Assembly (NCBI GenBank): GCA_964559785.1
Contig: CAZLJL010000001.1
Coordinates: 1 to 33,907, forward strand
From: an uncultured Bifidobacterium sp.
Lineage (GTDB): Bacteria; Pseudomonadota; Gammaproteobacteria; Burkholderiales; Burkholderiaceae_D
Length of the DNA stretch: 33,907 bases
Direction of reading: 5' to 3'
The number at the start of each line of letters is the position of its first letter. Position 1 is the stretch's first letter. Shown one piece after another: positions 17,124 to 26,719 of this stretch. A model generated the notes under the pieces. The model did not search any database and was not told the DNA's origin. It worked only from the letters and a program-made list of their open reading frames with translations. A program made the translations under genes and the position numbers.

Positions 17124-20100
17124 TACTGATCGAGCTCGCGCCAGGCAACTCGACGAGCGCGCGGTGTAGTACCCGTACCAGAGGACTGCGTGATAACACT
17201 CACCGTACCGGTATCGTCGGTCAGCACAGTGACGACGCGGTTACCAACCCGGACAAGTCGCGCACCTGAAATCATTGATGCACTCGTGACACGACGTGCA
17301 ACACTCGTATTGCTTGCGCTGGGTATATAGCTACCATTCATATAGTTGAAGGTGTACGACCAGCTCTCAGCACGTGGTCGACAGGCATTACTGTCCGGCA
17401 TATTACTAACGACCGATAGCATGCCAAGTTGTTGCTCCGGGTCGACGACGACGCGCTCACCCGAGCCAGACTGCACGTCAAGGTCGACAAACCAGCCATC
17501 ATTCACTAACCAATCGACTTGCTCATTACTGATAGTTCGCACGCCCGGATCGGTACTACTCGCCAACCTTTTCTGCACCATCGAAGATCGCTGACGAATA
17601 TCTCCTAAGCCACTGTCATTTAAACGATCGCGAAAGGTATAAATTGACTGGACTGATTTATCGCTGCCATCGCTAGTGCCGAGATAACGACCGGTACCGA
17701 CGCTCACCACTGGCAACGATTGGTTACCGATGCGTACCAACGACAGTTCGGGCCGTGTCGTAATTGGCTGTATGACGCCGCTGCGTACCAGGCGCGCCAA
17801 CCGTACTGCACTACTACCCCCACCCACCACCGTATCGTTAATATCAAATCGCCAAAGATTGCCCAATAGGTCACCACCATAGACACGCTCTGCTGTGTTA
17901 TCCAGCAGGTTATCGACCCAGGCGTTGAGATGTGCAAGACCAGCAGGGTTATCACTCGTGCCAACATCGGTCTCAATACGCTTGAGCACTGCTCCCGTTG
18001 TGGCGTCAAGGACGAACAGTACGCCAATGCCGGTACCAGGCGCGACATTGTTGTAGCCCGACGTGATCAACACCACCCATTTTCCATCGCGACGCTTGGT
18101 AATGATGGGTTTTCCTACGGCGTAACCTAGTTGTGGCTCGGCCTCAGCACCGATACGCCATAGCAGCTTGGGCTGATCCGCTTGGGTGATATCCAGCGCG
18201 TAGTACTCGCGTCCGGCAGCACCAAGCCCGGCAACCAGAATCGTGCGCCAGGCGTCGGCGGTGCAGCTCTCGCTGGGTGCGGTGGGGCAGATATCACCCA
18301 CCACTGGCGTGCCATCCAGTAGATACCGAAAATTATTGGCAAACGCGTTATCGGCAACACGCCATAGCTCAGGTAATACGCCACTCGGGATGAATGCCCA
18401 GCGTTCACGACCTGTTGCCGCATCGAATGCGTGCAGCATGCCGTCGTTAGCAGCAAGATACACCGTCGCAGCACGATTGGCCGCGATGCTATCGCGATAC
18501 TCGCCATAGTTGAGATCAGCGTATCGAAATGCAGGCGCACCCACAAACACAGGTTGCGCATTGATTGGCGCACCCAAGACTTGCTCACGCTTGCGGAATA
18601 AGCGGACACTATTCTCGGGCTTGTCTTCGAACTGAGACTGACCACGCAAATAATCCACCAGATTTGCACCGCCGGTTTGCGTACGTGCTACGTCGCTGAG
18701 TTGCATACACTGCTGCCACCGTCGGGCGGGCGGTGCATCGCAACCACTGAATAGCTGACGTTCATTGGTACTCAAGAGCTGCCACCGAAACTCTTTCAGA
18801 CCATAGATATCTGTGCTCGAGGGTATATAGATCGTACGGTCATCACGTGCCGCAGCAACGCGCTGCCGAAGCTGAATCGATGCAGACCATTCAATTTGGG
18901 ATGCCAAACTGCCGTCAGCAAGCGAGATACGCCGCGCTTCAAGCTCACCATCCCAATACACGCTGCGATAACGGCTTGAGAATAGAAGATTATCGCCTTC
19001 CGCAGGCTCCTGGCTGCTGGTGGCGGATGCCGCCGCCGCACCACTTGCAGCGCGCACCGTCGATAGTGTGGTGGAGAGTGCACGCGCTAATGACTCCGGG
19101 CTACGCGCACTGAAATAGCGTCCGCCACCGTTAACGGCTGCATGCCATAAATCATCGATTCGTTCAGCGCCGGTTGCAGTGATGGGGTCGGGCCAATTTT
19201 TAGTACCACGAACAATCTCTTGAAAATCACCATTGCTTGCTGTGTCATAGTCTTCTCGATAACGCAACGTGCCGTCAGCACCAAGGCCGAGCGTATGCGT
19301 GACCATGTGCTGATGCATACCGCTGCGACGTCCGGGTACCTGCGGGACATTATTCTCACAAAGCTTGTCGCTAACGCCGCAGTTTCCAAGTGCCGGCGTG
19401 CGTAAGTCATTCTCGAAATACCATGCCGCAACGTCGGCCAACGTATTGCTAGTACGACTTGCGCCGCCATCGAACATGGGTCGTGGTAGCCGCGCATCCG
19501 GATTGCCGACATCGGTCACGCCATCGATTTGCTTTGGACCGTAGCTACCTGATTCATTCTGAGTACCCCAGTAGCCATCGGTTGATAAGATCGTAGTGTT
19601 TTGTTGGCAGGAATACTGTACCGGATCATTACTACCAGTCAGTAGCCGACCTGCATAAATTCTTCCTGCCTTGGCCAGCGCTGCACGCAAGGGTGTGCCG
19701 CCCATAGGGCGTGCTGCGTATAGTTTTTCGTAAAAACTTCTTCGGTGCTCATCACTGAAGTCGTCGATGCGCAAAAAATTATCACTGCTTGCGCTAACGC
19801 CGGATTCACTGATCGTTGAATAGCCAACGCGATAGTTGGCATCAAGCTGACTGAGTGCGCGTCCGACGGCTGTCTTCATCGTCAGCAAGCGTGTACGGTG
19901 ATAGCTAAACCAATTTGCAAAATTAGTCGTCTCATCGCTACGTCCGGGACCGGATGATCGACTAACGATGACCTTGCGCCAGTTATTGCGTCCAGTCGTG
20001 CCCGCGTCGAATCGCGTATCACGACAATGATCCTCTGCAGAACCGTCACCTAACCGCTCAGCTTTGTTTCCTTTATAAATAAAGTAGTACGCTGGCTCAG

Positions 20101-20611
20101 GTCGATTGGGTAAGCCGTTGTCGTTTGAGGTGCAGCCACCCCCCGATGATGTGCAATCGGGGCTGTAGATAATGCCCGCGGTATTGGATGGTACCGGTGG
20201 TCTGCTAGACGCGGAGCGCCAGGCCATGAAGCTATCGGACAGATTGACTGTTACCGCTCCGGGACGAAAGCCGTCATAGGAAGCAGCGAAAAAATTTTGC
20301 TGTGGATACTCAGCACCTGTCGCACGCACCGGGACCGGGTAGTTAACCTCGGGGTTATAGTAAATCTTGTTACATACACTGGTGCGATAGCCTACTGTGT
20401 TTTGATATTGCCGTATAACCACCTCGTCACCCAAAAAACTCGACTGCATGCTGCCGGAGTCATCAAGAATAAAAAAGATATTTGGCTTGACCGGTGTGGA
20501 TAGTAAGAAATTGATCGGTGCTTGTGCAAGATCGGTCAGTGCGAAGCCGGGCGATATCACCATCATCAGCAAGCTGATCAACAAAACTTTTGAATGTAGG
20601 CGTAATCGCAT
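17123..20611 (-). CDS. pilY1: Type IV pilus tip adhesin PilY1/PilC (vWA + beta-propeller)
   Basis: Signal peptide, PNIFFILDDSGSM (MIDAS), GTPLR, STDGYW, AANDGMLHAF, ERWAFIP, YGGDLLGNLWRFD, GTGRYL. Confidence 0.93.
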   Translation of the reverse strand: MRLRLHSKVLLISLLMMVISPGFALTDLAQAPINFLLSTPVKPNIFFILDDSGSMQSSFLGDEVVIRQYQNTVGYRTSVCNKIYYNPEVNYPVPVRATGAEYPQQNFFAASYDGFRPGAVTVNLSDSFMAWRSASSRPPVPSNTAGIIYSPDCTSSGGGCTSNDNGLPNRPEPAYYFIYKGNKAERLGDGSAEDHCRDTRFDAGTTGRNNWRKVIVSRSSGPGRSDETTNFANWFSYHRTRLLTMKTAVGRALSQLDANYRVGYSTISESGVSASSDNFLRIDDFSDEHRRSFYEKLYAARPMGGTPLRAALAKAGRIYAGRLLTGSNDPVQYSCQQNTTILSTDGYWGTQNESGSYGPKQIDGVTDVGNPDARLPRPMFDGGASRTSNTLADVAAWYFENDLRTPALGNCGVSDKLCENNVPQVPGRRSGMHQHMVTHTLGLGADGTLRYREDYDTASNGDFQEIVRGTKNWPDPITATGAERIDDLWHAAVNGGGRYFSARSPESLARALSTTLSTVRAASGAAAASATSSQEPAEGDNLLFSSRYRSVYWDGELEARRISLADGSLASQIEWSASIQLRQRVAAARDDRTIYIPSSTDIYGLKEFRWQLLSTNERQLFSGCDAPPARRWQQCMQLSDVARTQTGGANLVDYLRGQSQFEDKPENSVRLFRKREQVLGAPINAQPVFVGAPAFRYADLNYGEYRDSIAANRAATVYLAANDGMLHAFDAATGRERWAFIPSGVLPELWRVADNAFANNFRYLLDGTPVVGDICPTAPSESCTADAWRTILVAGLGAAGREYYALDITQADQPKLLWRIGAEAEPQLGYAVGKPIITKRRDGKWVVLITSGYNNVAPGTGIGVLFVLDATTGAVLKRIETDVGTSDNPAGLAHLNAWVDNLLDNTAERVYGGDLLGNLWRFDINDTVVGGGSSAVRLARLVRSGVIQPITTRPELSLVRIGNQSLPVVSVGTGRYLGTSDGSDKSVQSIYTFRDRLNDSGLGDIRQRSSMVQKRLASSTDPGVRTISNEQVDWLVNDGWFVDLDVQSGSGERVVVDPEQQLGMLSVVSNMPDSNACRPRAESWSYTFNYMNGSYIPSASNTSVARRVTSASMISGARLVRVGNRVVTVLTDDTGTVSVITQSSGTGTTPRARRVAWRELDQ

Positions 20612-20622
20612 TCAATATTCCT

Positions 20623-21264
20623 TCAGTAATGCACCAAGGTCTGAACAAAAGCGGTGGTATTACGCGGACCCCGCACGTACACAGTAATACGGAAATAAAC
20701 GGTATCGGAAGCATTAAAGCGTTTTGATGCGCCATAGCTGAGCTGGCCTCGATTGCTACTTGCGCCCTGCGCCGAGCGAAATAGCAAGCAGCTATTGGTA
20801 GCCGCATCGGGACGGCCGTTGGTGCGACATAATCGGTGAATGACATAACGCACTCGATTGCCCGCTGCATCAATGGGCAGTTCAGGCGAGGCACTCAAGC
20901 ACGTCGTATTTACTCGGCTAGCGCATTGATCGTCATCCCAATCAATGTAGGCGCGAGTACCCGCATCAGTAAAACCGCTGAGACTAATACCGTTGGGGAG
21001 ACTGGCATAGTAGCCAGCCGCAACCTGATCGGAAAAAAGCTCAGTCGTCGCTGTCCGTTCTGATAGCCAGTCAATAGCAGCCTCACTACCGGCCTCAGCG
21101 GCAAATACCGCTGCCTGCCGAAAGCTGAAGTTGCCCGACACAAGTAATCCGGTAGCCACGGCACGAACTAGCGCCAATGCACCCAAACTCATGGTTACCA
21201 ACACGACGAGTGAAACCACGAGTGCGGCACCATGGCAATGGGTATGCATGGGCCGCGCTGTCAC
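20623..21264 (-). CDS. pilX: Type IV minor pilin PilX
   Basis: G|AALVVSLVVLV prepilin without E5 (typical of PilX), GNFSFRQAA, YVIHRLC, YFRITV..GPRNT. Confidence 0.88.
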   Translation of the reverse strand: MTARPMHTHCHGAALVVSLVVLVTMSLGALALVRAVATGLLVSGNFSFRQAAVFAAEAGSEAAIDWLSERTATTELFSDQVAAGYYASLPNGISLSGFTDAGTRAYIDWDDDQCASRVNTTCLSASPELPIDAAGNRVRYVIHRLCRTNGRPDAATNSCLLFRSAQGASSNRGQLSYGASKRFNASDTVYFRITVYVRGPRNTTAFVQTLVHY

Positions 21265-22325
21265 AGCTCTCCCCAGAGTTGATTACGTAACAGTACTTCT
21301 GTTTGCAGGACGCGGTAACGCCAGCAACGCCACTGATCTAGATGATCGAGCCGAATCTCGGTGGGTACCAATGCACCAGTCGCATCCCCGGCCAGCCAGG
21401 TCGGGGCGGGTGCGTCGCAACCTTCTTCTTTACGTTGCGGACTACGCATGACCAAGGCAAAACGCACGGCGAGCAAGCGTTGCCAGTCGCCGGAATCGGC
21501 AACGATGCCGTCGCCGTCAGCATCGATCATCATGTCCCGCCAAGACGTCACCTGTGGTGATGGCTGACTACCGCTGCGTGTATCGAACCCGTATTGCAGC
21601 TGCAGATTGACGACCCCATCAGCGTGGGTCGAGGTGATCCACGTACCCAGCACGGAGTCAAAGCTCTCGAGCCTGAGTTGGTGTGTAGTGTCGACCGAAT
21701 ATCGTCGGTAACGTAGCGCGCCGAGATTGATAGCCAAACTATCTTTTCCAAATACACTGCCGCTGAGTAGACCACTCACTACCGTTGGCTGTACGGTATA
21801 ACCGCCGGTACTGACCGCTGCCACTCTGACCAATGGACAATCCGGATTACCGCTCTCGTGCAGTAATAACTGCGAGCCATTAGCAATACCTAATGTACTG
21901 TCGAGAGTGATTAGATCATCGCCCATGGTATGGGGCGCGACCAGGCGCGATGCGGGTAATGCCTGCTCGCCAGCGGCGAGTATGGTCAGTGTATCGGGCG
22001 TACCCGCCGTACCATTCGTGATCATCAGTGGTGCAAGAACGAGGCTAGCATCGGGCGTACCGATGGGCGCGCGGTGCACCGTGCAACCAAGCGCACTCAA
22101 CGGGCCAAGACCGTGACCCGCAATACGGAGCTCTCGCGCCAGCCAGCCCCCAGCGAACGTTCCATGAATTTGTGCGTCTGTACTGCCTGCTGTCGTACGT
22201 CGGCGTGCATCGAACATCACCATCACATTCAGCACAACCAAGGTAGCGATCATCCCTATCGATAATCCGACCATCAGATCGACCAGACTCAGACCATGCG
22301 CACGCGCGCTACTGTAGCGAGGCAT
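21261..22325 (-). CDS. pilW: Type IV minor pilin PilW
   Basis: G|LSLVDLMVGLSIG prepilin, LQLQYGFD, AVRFALVMRS, YRVLQTEVLLRN. Confidence 0.88.
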   Translation of the reverse strand: MPRYSSARAHGLSLVDLMVGLSIGMIATLVVLNVMVMFDARRRTTAGSTDAQIHGTFAGGWLARELRIAGHGLGPLSALGCTVHRAPIGTPDASLVLAPLMITNGTAGTPDTLTILAAGEQALPASRLVAPHTMGDDLITLDSTLGIANGSQLLLHESGNPDCPLVRVAAVSTGGYTVQPTVVSGLLSGSVFGKDSLAINLGALRYRRYSVDTTHQLRLESFDSVLGTWITSTHADGVVNLQLQYGFDTRSGSQPSPQVTSWRDMMIDADGDGIVADSGDWQRLLAVRFALVMRSPQRKEEGCDAPAPTWLAGDATGALVPTEIRLDHLDQWRCWRYRVLQTEVLLRNQLWGEL

Positions 22326-22328
22326 CTG

Positions 22329-22751
22329 CTAATCCGTCAGTCGTGTCACCATGACGAGCTGATGCCGCTCCGGATCAGAGGGTGCTTGCCAAAACATCGT
22401 GAGCGTGATTTGGCGCTGATCGTCGATCAGTAGCTGTGGCGTATTTCGGGTGGCGCTGATACCCGGCAGTACAGACTGCACCCGCTGCAACCATTGCTGA
22501 TACTCATTCGATTGCGGATCGAAGCGCTGCTGCAATGCAGTTAGCGAACGTTCACCCGACCACATACGACTCACCAGGTCAGAAGCAAGCAAACTGGCTT
22601 CGCTACGGTAGCGTGCGTTATCACTTTCCTTGAGCGTGGCAGTCAGCAATGCCAGCAAGGAAAGTAGCCCGATGGAAAACACCAGTAGCGAGATAAGACT
22701 TTCAATCAATGCGCTACCCGCTATACGGCGCGAAACCCTGAGAATTGCCAT
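22329..22751 (-). CDS. pilV: Type IV minor pilin PilV
   Basis: G|SALIESLISLLVFSIGLL, YRSEASLLA, LPG, WQAP. Confidence 0.87.
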   Translation of the reverse strand: MAILRVSRRIAGSALIESLISLLVFSIGLLSLLALLTATLKESDNARYRSEASLLASDLVSRMWSGERSLTALQQRFDPQSNEYQQWLQRVQSVLPGISATRNTPQLLIDDQRQITLTMFWQAPSDPERHQLVMVTRLTD

Positions 22752-22757
22752 CGCTGA

Positions 22758-23345
22758 TCAATGACAGTGCTGCGGATGGCCTGCACTTACCGTCGGCTGA
22801 CAGAGCCGCACCATACCCTGCGGTGCAATCAGTACGACCATCCGCTGGTCATTTTTGCCGCCACTGTAGGTGATATCAATACGCGCGATATCGTCACCCA
22901 TCGCGATACCGGGCACGGCACCGCTGGCATCGAAACGAATACTGGCAGGCAAGGCATTACCCGCTGCAATCGGCTTATCAAATGATGGCATTTGAGCCAG
23001 GCTTGTTGCACCCCAGCGTACCGCTGTAGAGGTATCGATCGCCTGTTGCCGTATTAGCGCAGGGCATCGGGCTGAGGTCTGAACACAGGAAAGCTGCCAC
23101 CCAGGTCGACCGAGCACATCGGGCAGCTGTAAACGAATAGTGGTGTTGCGCGTGAGTGCTTCGCTACGTGCGGCGTGTAATGCAGCGATGAGTGAAGCAG
23201 CACTTGAACGCACTTCGATACTGCGCACCCACTGACCCATGGCGGGCGCGCCGATAGCGAGCACGATAGAACTTAGCGCGAGTACGATCATTAACTCGGT
23301 CATTGTTAAGCCAAAGGCGCGCTTGGCCGAGCAAGCGCTCAACAT
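22758..23345 (-). CDS. fimT: GspH/FimT-family minor pilin
   Basis: G|LTMTELMIVLAL, ARSEALTRN, C-terminal G.VRLC...C; ATG 23345 overlaps the pilE stop. Confidence 0.82.
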   Translation of the reverse strand: MLSACSAKRAFGLTMTELMIVLALSSIVLAIGAPAMGQWVRSIEVRSSAASLIAALHAARSEALTRNTTIRLQLPDVLGRPGWQLSCVQTSARCPALIRQQAIDTSTAVRWGATSLAQMPSFDKPIAAGNALPASIRFDASGAVPGIAMGDDIARIDITYSGGKNDQRMVVLIAPQGMVRLCQPTVSAGHPQHCH

Positions 23346-23770
23346 GTTGCACCCCGCTTCAAGATCCAGCAATCACGTGGTGCCGGGCCCCAGGTGGGTG
23401 GTAATGCGATGGTGCGGGTTTGACCCTGATGATCGATGGTGTAAGCAAAATCGGTAAGTGCACCACTACCCCTGGCGGTGAGCAGAAAAGATTGTCCGTC
23501 GTCGGGTGATGTACAGCGCAACACGAAACTATCGCTGCCAGGGAGTGTGATGCCACAGGAGTCGCCGTTACGATAACTACGAAAGTCTTGGTAGTACTGC
23601 TCGAGACGTAGGGCACCCAGCTGCAAAGCACTACTCATCTCCGGCAACTGGCCGCGCAGCGCATGATCTCGGTAGCTGGGAACAGCAAATGCAGCGATAA
23701 AGGCAGCGATAGCAAGCGCGACCATCAACTCGACGAGGCTGAAACCGGCCTGTAAGGAATCGTCGGTCAT
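23339..23770 (-). CDS. pilE: Type IV minor pilin PilE
   Basis: G|FSLVELMVALAIAAFIAAFAVPSY, LEQYYQDFRSY, YTIDHQG, C-terminal CW...C. Confidence 0.9.
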   Translation of the reverse strand: MTDDSLQAGFSLVELMVALAIAAFIAAFAVPSYRDHALRGQLPEMSSALQLGALRLEQYYQDFRSYRNGDSCGITLPGSDSFVLRCTSPDDGQSFLLTARGSGALTDFAYTIDHQGQTRTIALPPTWGPAPRDCWILKRGATC

Positions 23771-23914
23771 CGCACACTCAGACGTTAGGTGAAACTCGGA
23801 TTTAACTTATACAGATTGCATAAGTCCGAAAATTCCGTCTGTAAAAGTTAGCGGCGACACTAACAAATTAAAGAGATAAGTCGGTAATCGAAATGATTAT
23901 TGCATCTGCGAAAC

Positions 23915-24259
23915 TTAGACGCCTGCCTGATATGTCGCAGGAAGAACACAGGCATCGATTACGCGAAGGTCGTTGTCACGGGCAAAATCACGCAGAAAAA
24001 AATAAGCAAGTGGCTCAAGCGCGTGTAGCCGATGATCGACCAAGACAGAACGTACGCCCTCGATCAGGGCTGGCGTGACATACGGCGAGTAACGTAGATG
24101 GCGATCAAAGCTGCCGGCCTGATCGGGATGGAAGCGGCCCATGATGCCGCATAGACGATCCGCCCAGTCGCTGGGGCGGAAAGGGCGACCTGCACTAGTC
24201 TGACCCTGAATAATGAAATCAGTGACCGGGACGGTGGAATCTGGGGCAGTACTGGACAT
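23915..24259 (-). CDS. DUF3579-family protein
   Basis: IIQGQTSAGRPFRPSDWADRLCG, YSPYV, FARDNDL. Confidence 0.82.
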   Translation of the reverse strand: MSSTAPDSTVPVTDFIIQGQTSAGRPFRPSDWADRLCGIMGRFHPDQAGSFDRHLRYSPYVTPALIEGVRSVLVDHRLHALEPLAYFFLRDFARDNDLRVIDACVLPATYQAGV

Positions 24260-24415
24260 CGGGAAGGGGCAGGTAAGTCGTTATCTTACCGGACCCCGCG
24301 TCTCACGCAAAGCATCCCTAGGAAAGTATGACCTGTCGGGCGGTCGTTGCAACAAGGCTGTCAGCCATTACACCTTCAGCGTCGCTACAGAGCATAGTGA
24401 CTGTTCTATCGTGAA

Positions 24416-25369
24416 TCAGCCGAGCCAGTTTGCGACCGAGACCATCAATAACAACAAAATCCAAAGTAATAGTGCACGCCAGATCAGCCCGACCGTACTC
24501 TGCAGCGCGCGCAGCGATGGCTCGTCGCCCGGCAGAATTTCAATATCGGGATTGGAGTCGAGTGCGGCGATATCGACGCCGGGCATGTCGGGCGCGTACT
24601 CTGCCGGTGTGCCCAAGCGCACACCCATCGCGCCGCTACCCGAGGCCAGGATGATGCCTTCCGACTCATTGCGCCAGCGATGCGCGAAGTTACGCCACGC
24701 GTAGACAGCATCCTCAAAATTGCCGACGATGGCAAAGGCGATCGCCGTCAGGCGCGCCGGCACCCAGTCGATCAACTGAAATATCCGCCGCGCGAAAACA
24801 CCAAAAGGCTCGCCTTTTAAATGATCGGGCTCATTCCAGCCTCGCGAGAGGTACTCGGCGACGCGGTATAAAACCGCCCCGGCGGGCCCGATCGGTAGCA
24901 ACAGCCAAAAGAACACGCCGAATACATGATGATGCGTGGTCATCAGCGCACGCTCGACCGCAATGCGGACAATTTCAGTGGCATCCATCTCGCTGGTATC
25001 GGCGCGTGTCCACTCGGCCAGCAGCCGACGCGCCTCAGGCACATTGCTTTCGTTCAGCGCAATTTGTATGGCGGAAAAATAATGGCTGTAGTGCCGGAAG
25101 CCGAGCGTGAGATAGACAATGAGTACGGTCCAGACCAGCTGCGCGATGACACTAAACGCCCCCAGTAGCCAGTAGATCAGCAGCGTCGGCAGTACCAGCA
25201 GTGACATCATCACGATCCAACCCAGACGACCGTGCTCGGCTCGGCCAGCGTTGAAACTGTACTCGACGCGGGCTGCTAACGCACTGACCCAGCCATAGAT
25301 CACGTTATCCCTGCGCAGCGGCCGAAATTGTTCCAGCACCAGTGCAATCAGGATGGAGAACAGGGTCAT
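24416..25369 (-). CDS. CobD/CbiB-family (AmpE-like) membrane protein
   Basis: ALVLEQFRPL, YLTLGFRHYSH, HVFGVFFW, GPAGAVLYR, DWVPARLTAIAFAIVGNFEDA. Confidence 0.85.
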   Translation of the reverse strand: MTLFSILIALVLEQFRPLRRDNVIYGWVSALAARVEYSFNAGRAEHGRLGWIVMMSLLVLPTLLIYWLLGAFSVIAQLVWTVLIVYLTLGFRHYSHYFSAIQIALNESNVPEARRLLAEWTRADTSEMDATEIVRIAVERALMTTHHHVFGVFFWLLLPIGPAGAVLYRVAEYLSRGWNEPDHLKGEPFGVFARRIFQLIDWVPARLTAIAFAIVGNFEDAVYAWRNFAHRWRNESEGIILASGSGAMGVRLGTPAEYAPDMPGVDIAALDSNPDIEILPGDEPSLRALQSTVGLIWRALLLWILLLLMVSVANWLG

Positions 25370-25556
25370 GGCAAGGAAGCAGAAAAATGTACTGGAGGCA
25401 TTAGCTTAACAGGTAGCGCAACGCCGCCAACTTTTCATGCCTCCGATCTACAGTCGATGTATCAGAGCATCACTGGCCTGGCGGGGGCGCCGCTGACCGT
25501 TCGAAATGTAAGGCAATGCGCGATCACTAACGCCAGCAAGCTTTTGATACTGCGGC

Positions 25557-26231
25557 TTAGTCGGCGCGGAGGAAATGGTAAAGATTACGCAGCATCGCCG
25601 CCGTCGCACCCCAAATGAAGTAGCGCTCGTAAGGCATGGTGTAGAAGCTGCGGCGCTCGGGTCGGCTAGGGAGCACGGCGCTCCGACGCTGATGGTTGGC
25701 ACCGTTCATTAGAAACGCCAGCGGCACTTCAAAAATTTCGGCCACCTCGAAGCTATCGGCTTGCAGCTCAAAGGGGGGATGTACCAGCGCTGCGACCGGC
25801 GTCACCCGGAATCCGGTGCCGGTCTGGTAATCCGGCAGGCAACCGATCACCTCGATATGGCGACGCGCCAAACCGATCTCTTCTTCGGTCTCGCGAAGGG
25901 CAGTTTCGATCGCATCGGTATCCTCCGCATCAACCCGGCCGCCCGGGAAGCTGATCTGTCCAGCATGATCATTCAGATGGGCGGTGCGCAGTGTGAGTAG
26001 CAGATGGATCTGATCGGCCCGCACCACCATCGGTACGAGCACCGCCGCCGGTACCGGCGTACGCGTGTCAGCCGTCAGCGCAGGCTCGGTGACGAACTCC
26101 GGCGTCCAGGCTGCCGGTTGTGCGAAACGCTGACGCAACCAGTCAGGCACCAGACGCACCTCGGGGAGCGCTGGCTCGTTGCCGATGGCATCTATCGTTG
26201 CTTCTGCCGGGTCAAAAGAAATTCGGCTCAT
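25557..26231 (-). CDS. Nudix CoA pyrophosphatase (NudL-like)
   Basis: AAVLVP, LLTLRTAHLNDHAGQISFPGG, ALRETEEEIGL, IWGATA; start ATG 26231 (the 26432 extension overlaps rplS). Confidence 0.9.
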   Translation of the reverse strand: MSRISFDPAEATIDAIGNEPALPEVRLVPDWLRQRFAQPAAWTPEFVTEPALTADTRTPVPAAVLVPMVVRADQIHLLLTLRTAHLNDHAGQISFPGGRVDAEDTDAIETALRETEEEIGLARRHIEVIGCLPDYQTGTGFRVTPVAALVHPPFELQADSFEVAEIFEVPLAFLMNGANHQRRSAVLPSRPERRSFYTMPYERYFIWGATAAMLRNLYHFLRAD

Positions 26232-26276
26232 CGCATCCTGCCAATGCCGTTCGCGTAAGGCGTCATCGGAGACTTC

Positions 26277-26308
26277 AAAAGAAAAAAGGGCACGCTGGGT
26301 GCCCTTCT
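26277..26308 (-). terminator. Intrinsic terminator after rplS
   Basis: Minus strand AAGGGCAC-ccagc-GTGCCCTT followed by TTTTCTTTT. Confidence 0.85.
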
Positions 26309-26325
26309 CGTTAGCGCAGCGTGAC

Positions 26326-26706
26326 TTACTCCGCAGCCACTGCCGCCTTGCGGGCTGGCAGCTTCTCGCGGATACGCGCCGACTTACCGGAGCGTCCACG
26401 CAGGTAGTAAAGCTTCGCACGGCGCACATCACCGCGACGCTTCACCTCGATCGAGGCAATCAACGGTGAGTACAGCTGGAAGGTACGCTCAACACCCTCA
26501 CCCGAGGACATTTTACGCACGATGAAATTCGAATTCAGGCCGCGGTTACGACGCGAGATCACGACGCCTTCATAGGCCTGTACGCGCTTGCGGTTACCTT
26601 CGACCACGTTCACATTGACCACGACGGTATCGCCGGGTGCGAATTCAGGAATTGTCTTGCCGAGACGGGCAATCTCTTCCTGTTCAAGTTGCTGGATCAG
26701 ATCCAT
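26326..26706 (-). CDS. rplS: 50S ribosomal protein L19
   Basis: [47 protein letters not shown]; AGGAG RBS. Confidence 0.98.
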   Translation of the reverse strand: MDLIQQLEQEEIARLGKTIPEFAPGDTVVVNVNVVEGNRKRVQAYEGVVISRRNRGLNSNFIVRKMSSGEGVERTFQLYSPLIASIEVKRRGDVRRAKLYYLRGRSGKSARIREKLPARKAAVAAE

Positions 26707-26719
26707 TGACTTATCTCCT

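Noticed and set aside
24416-25369. Evidence for a cobalamin biosynthesis cluster
   Set aside because: An isolated CobD/CbiB-family gene with no other cob genes or visible B12 riboswitch; function not assignable.
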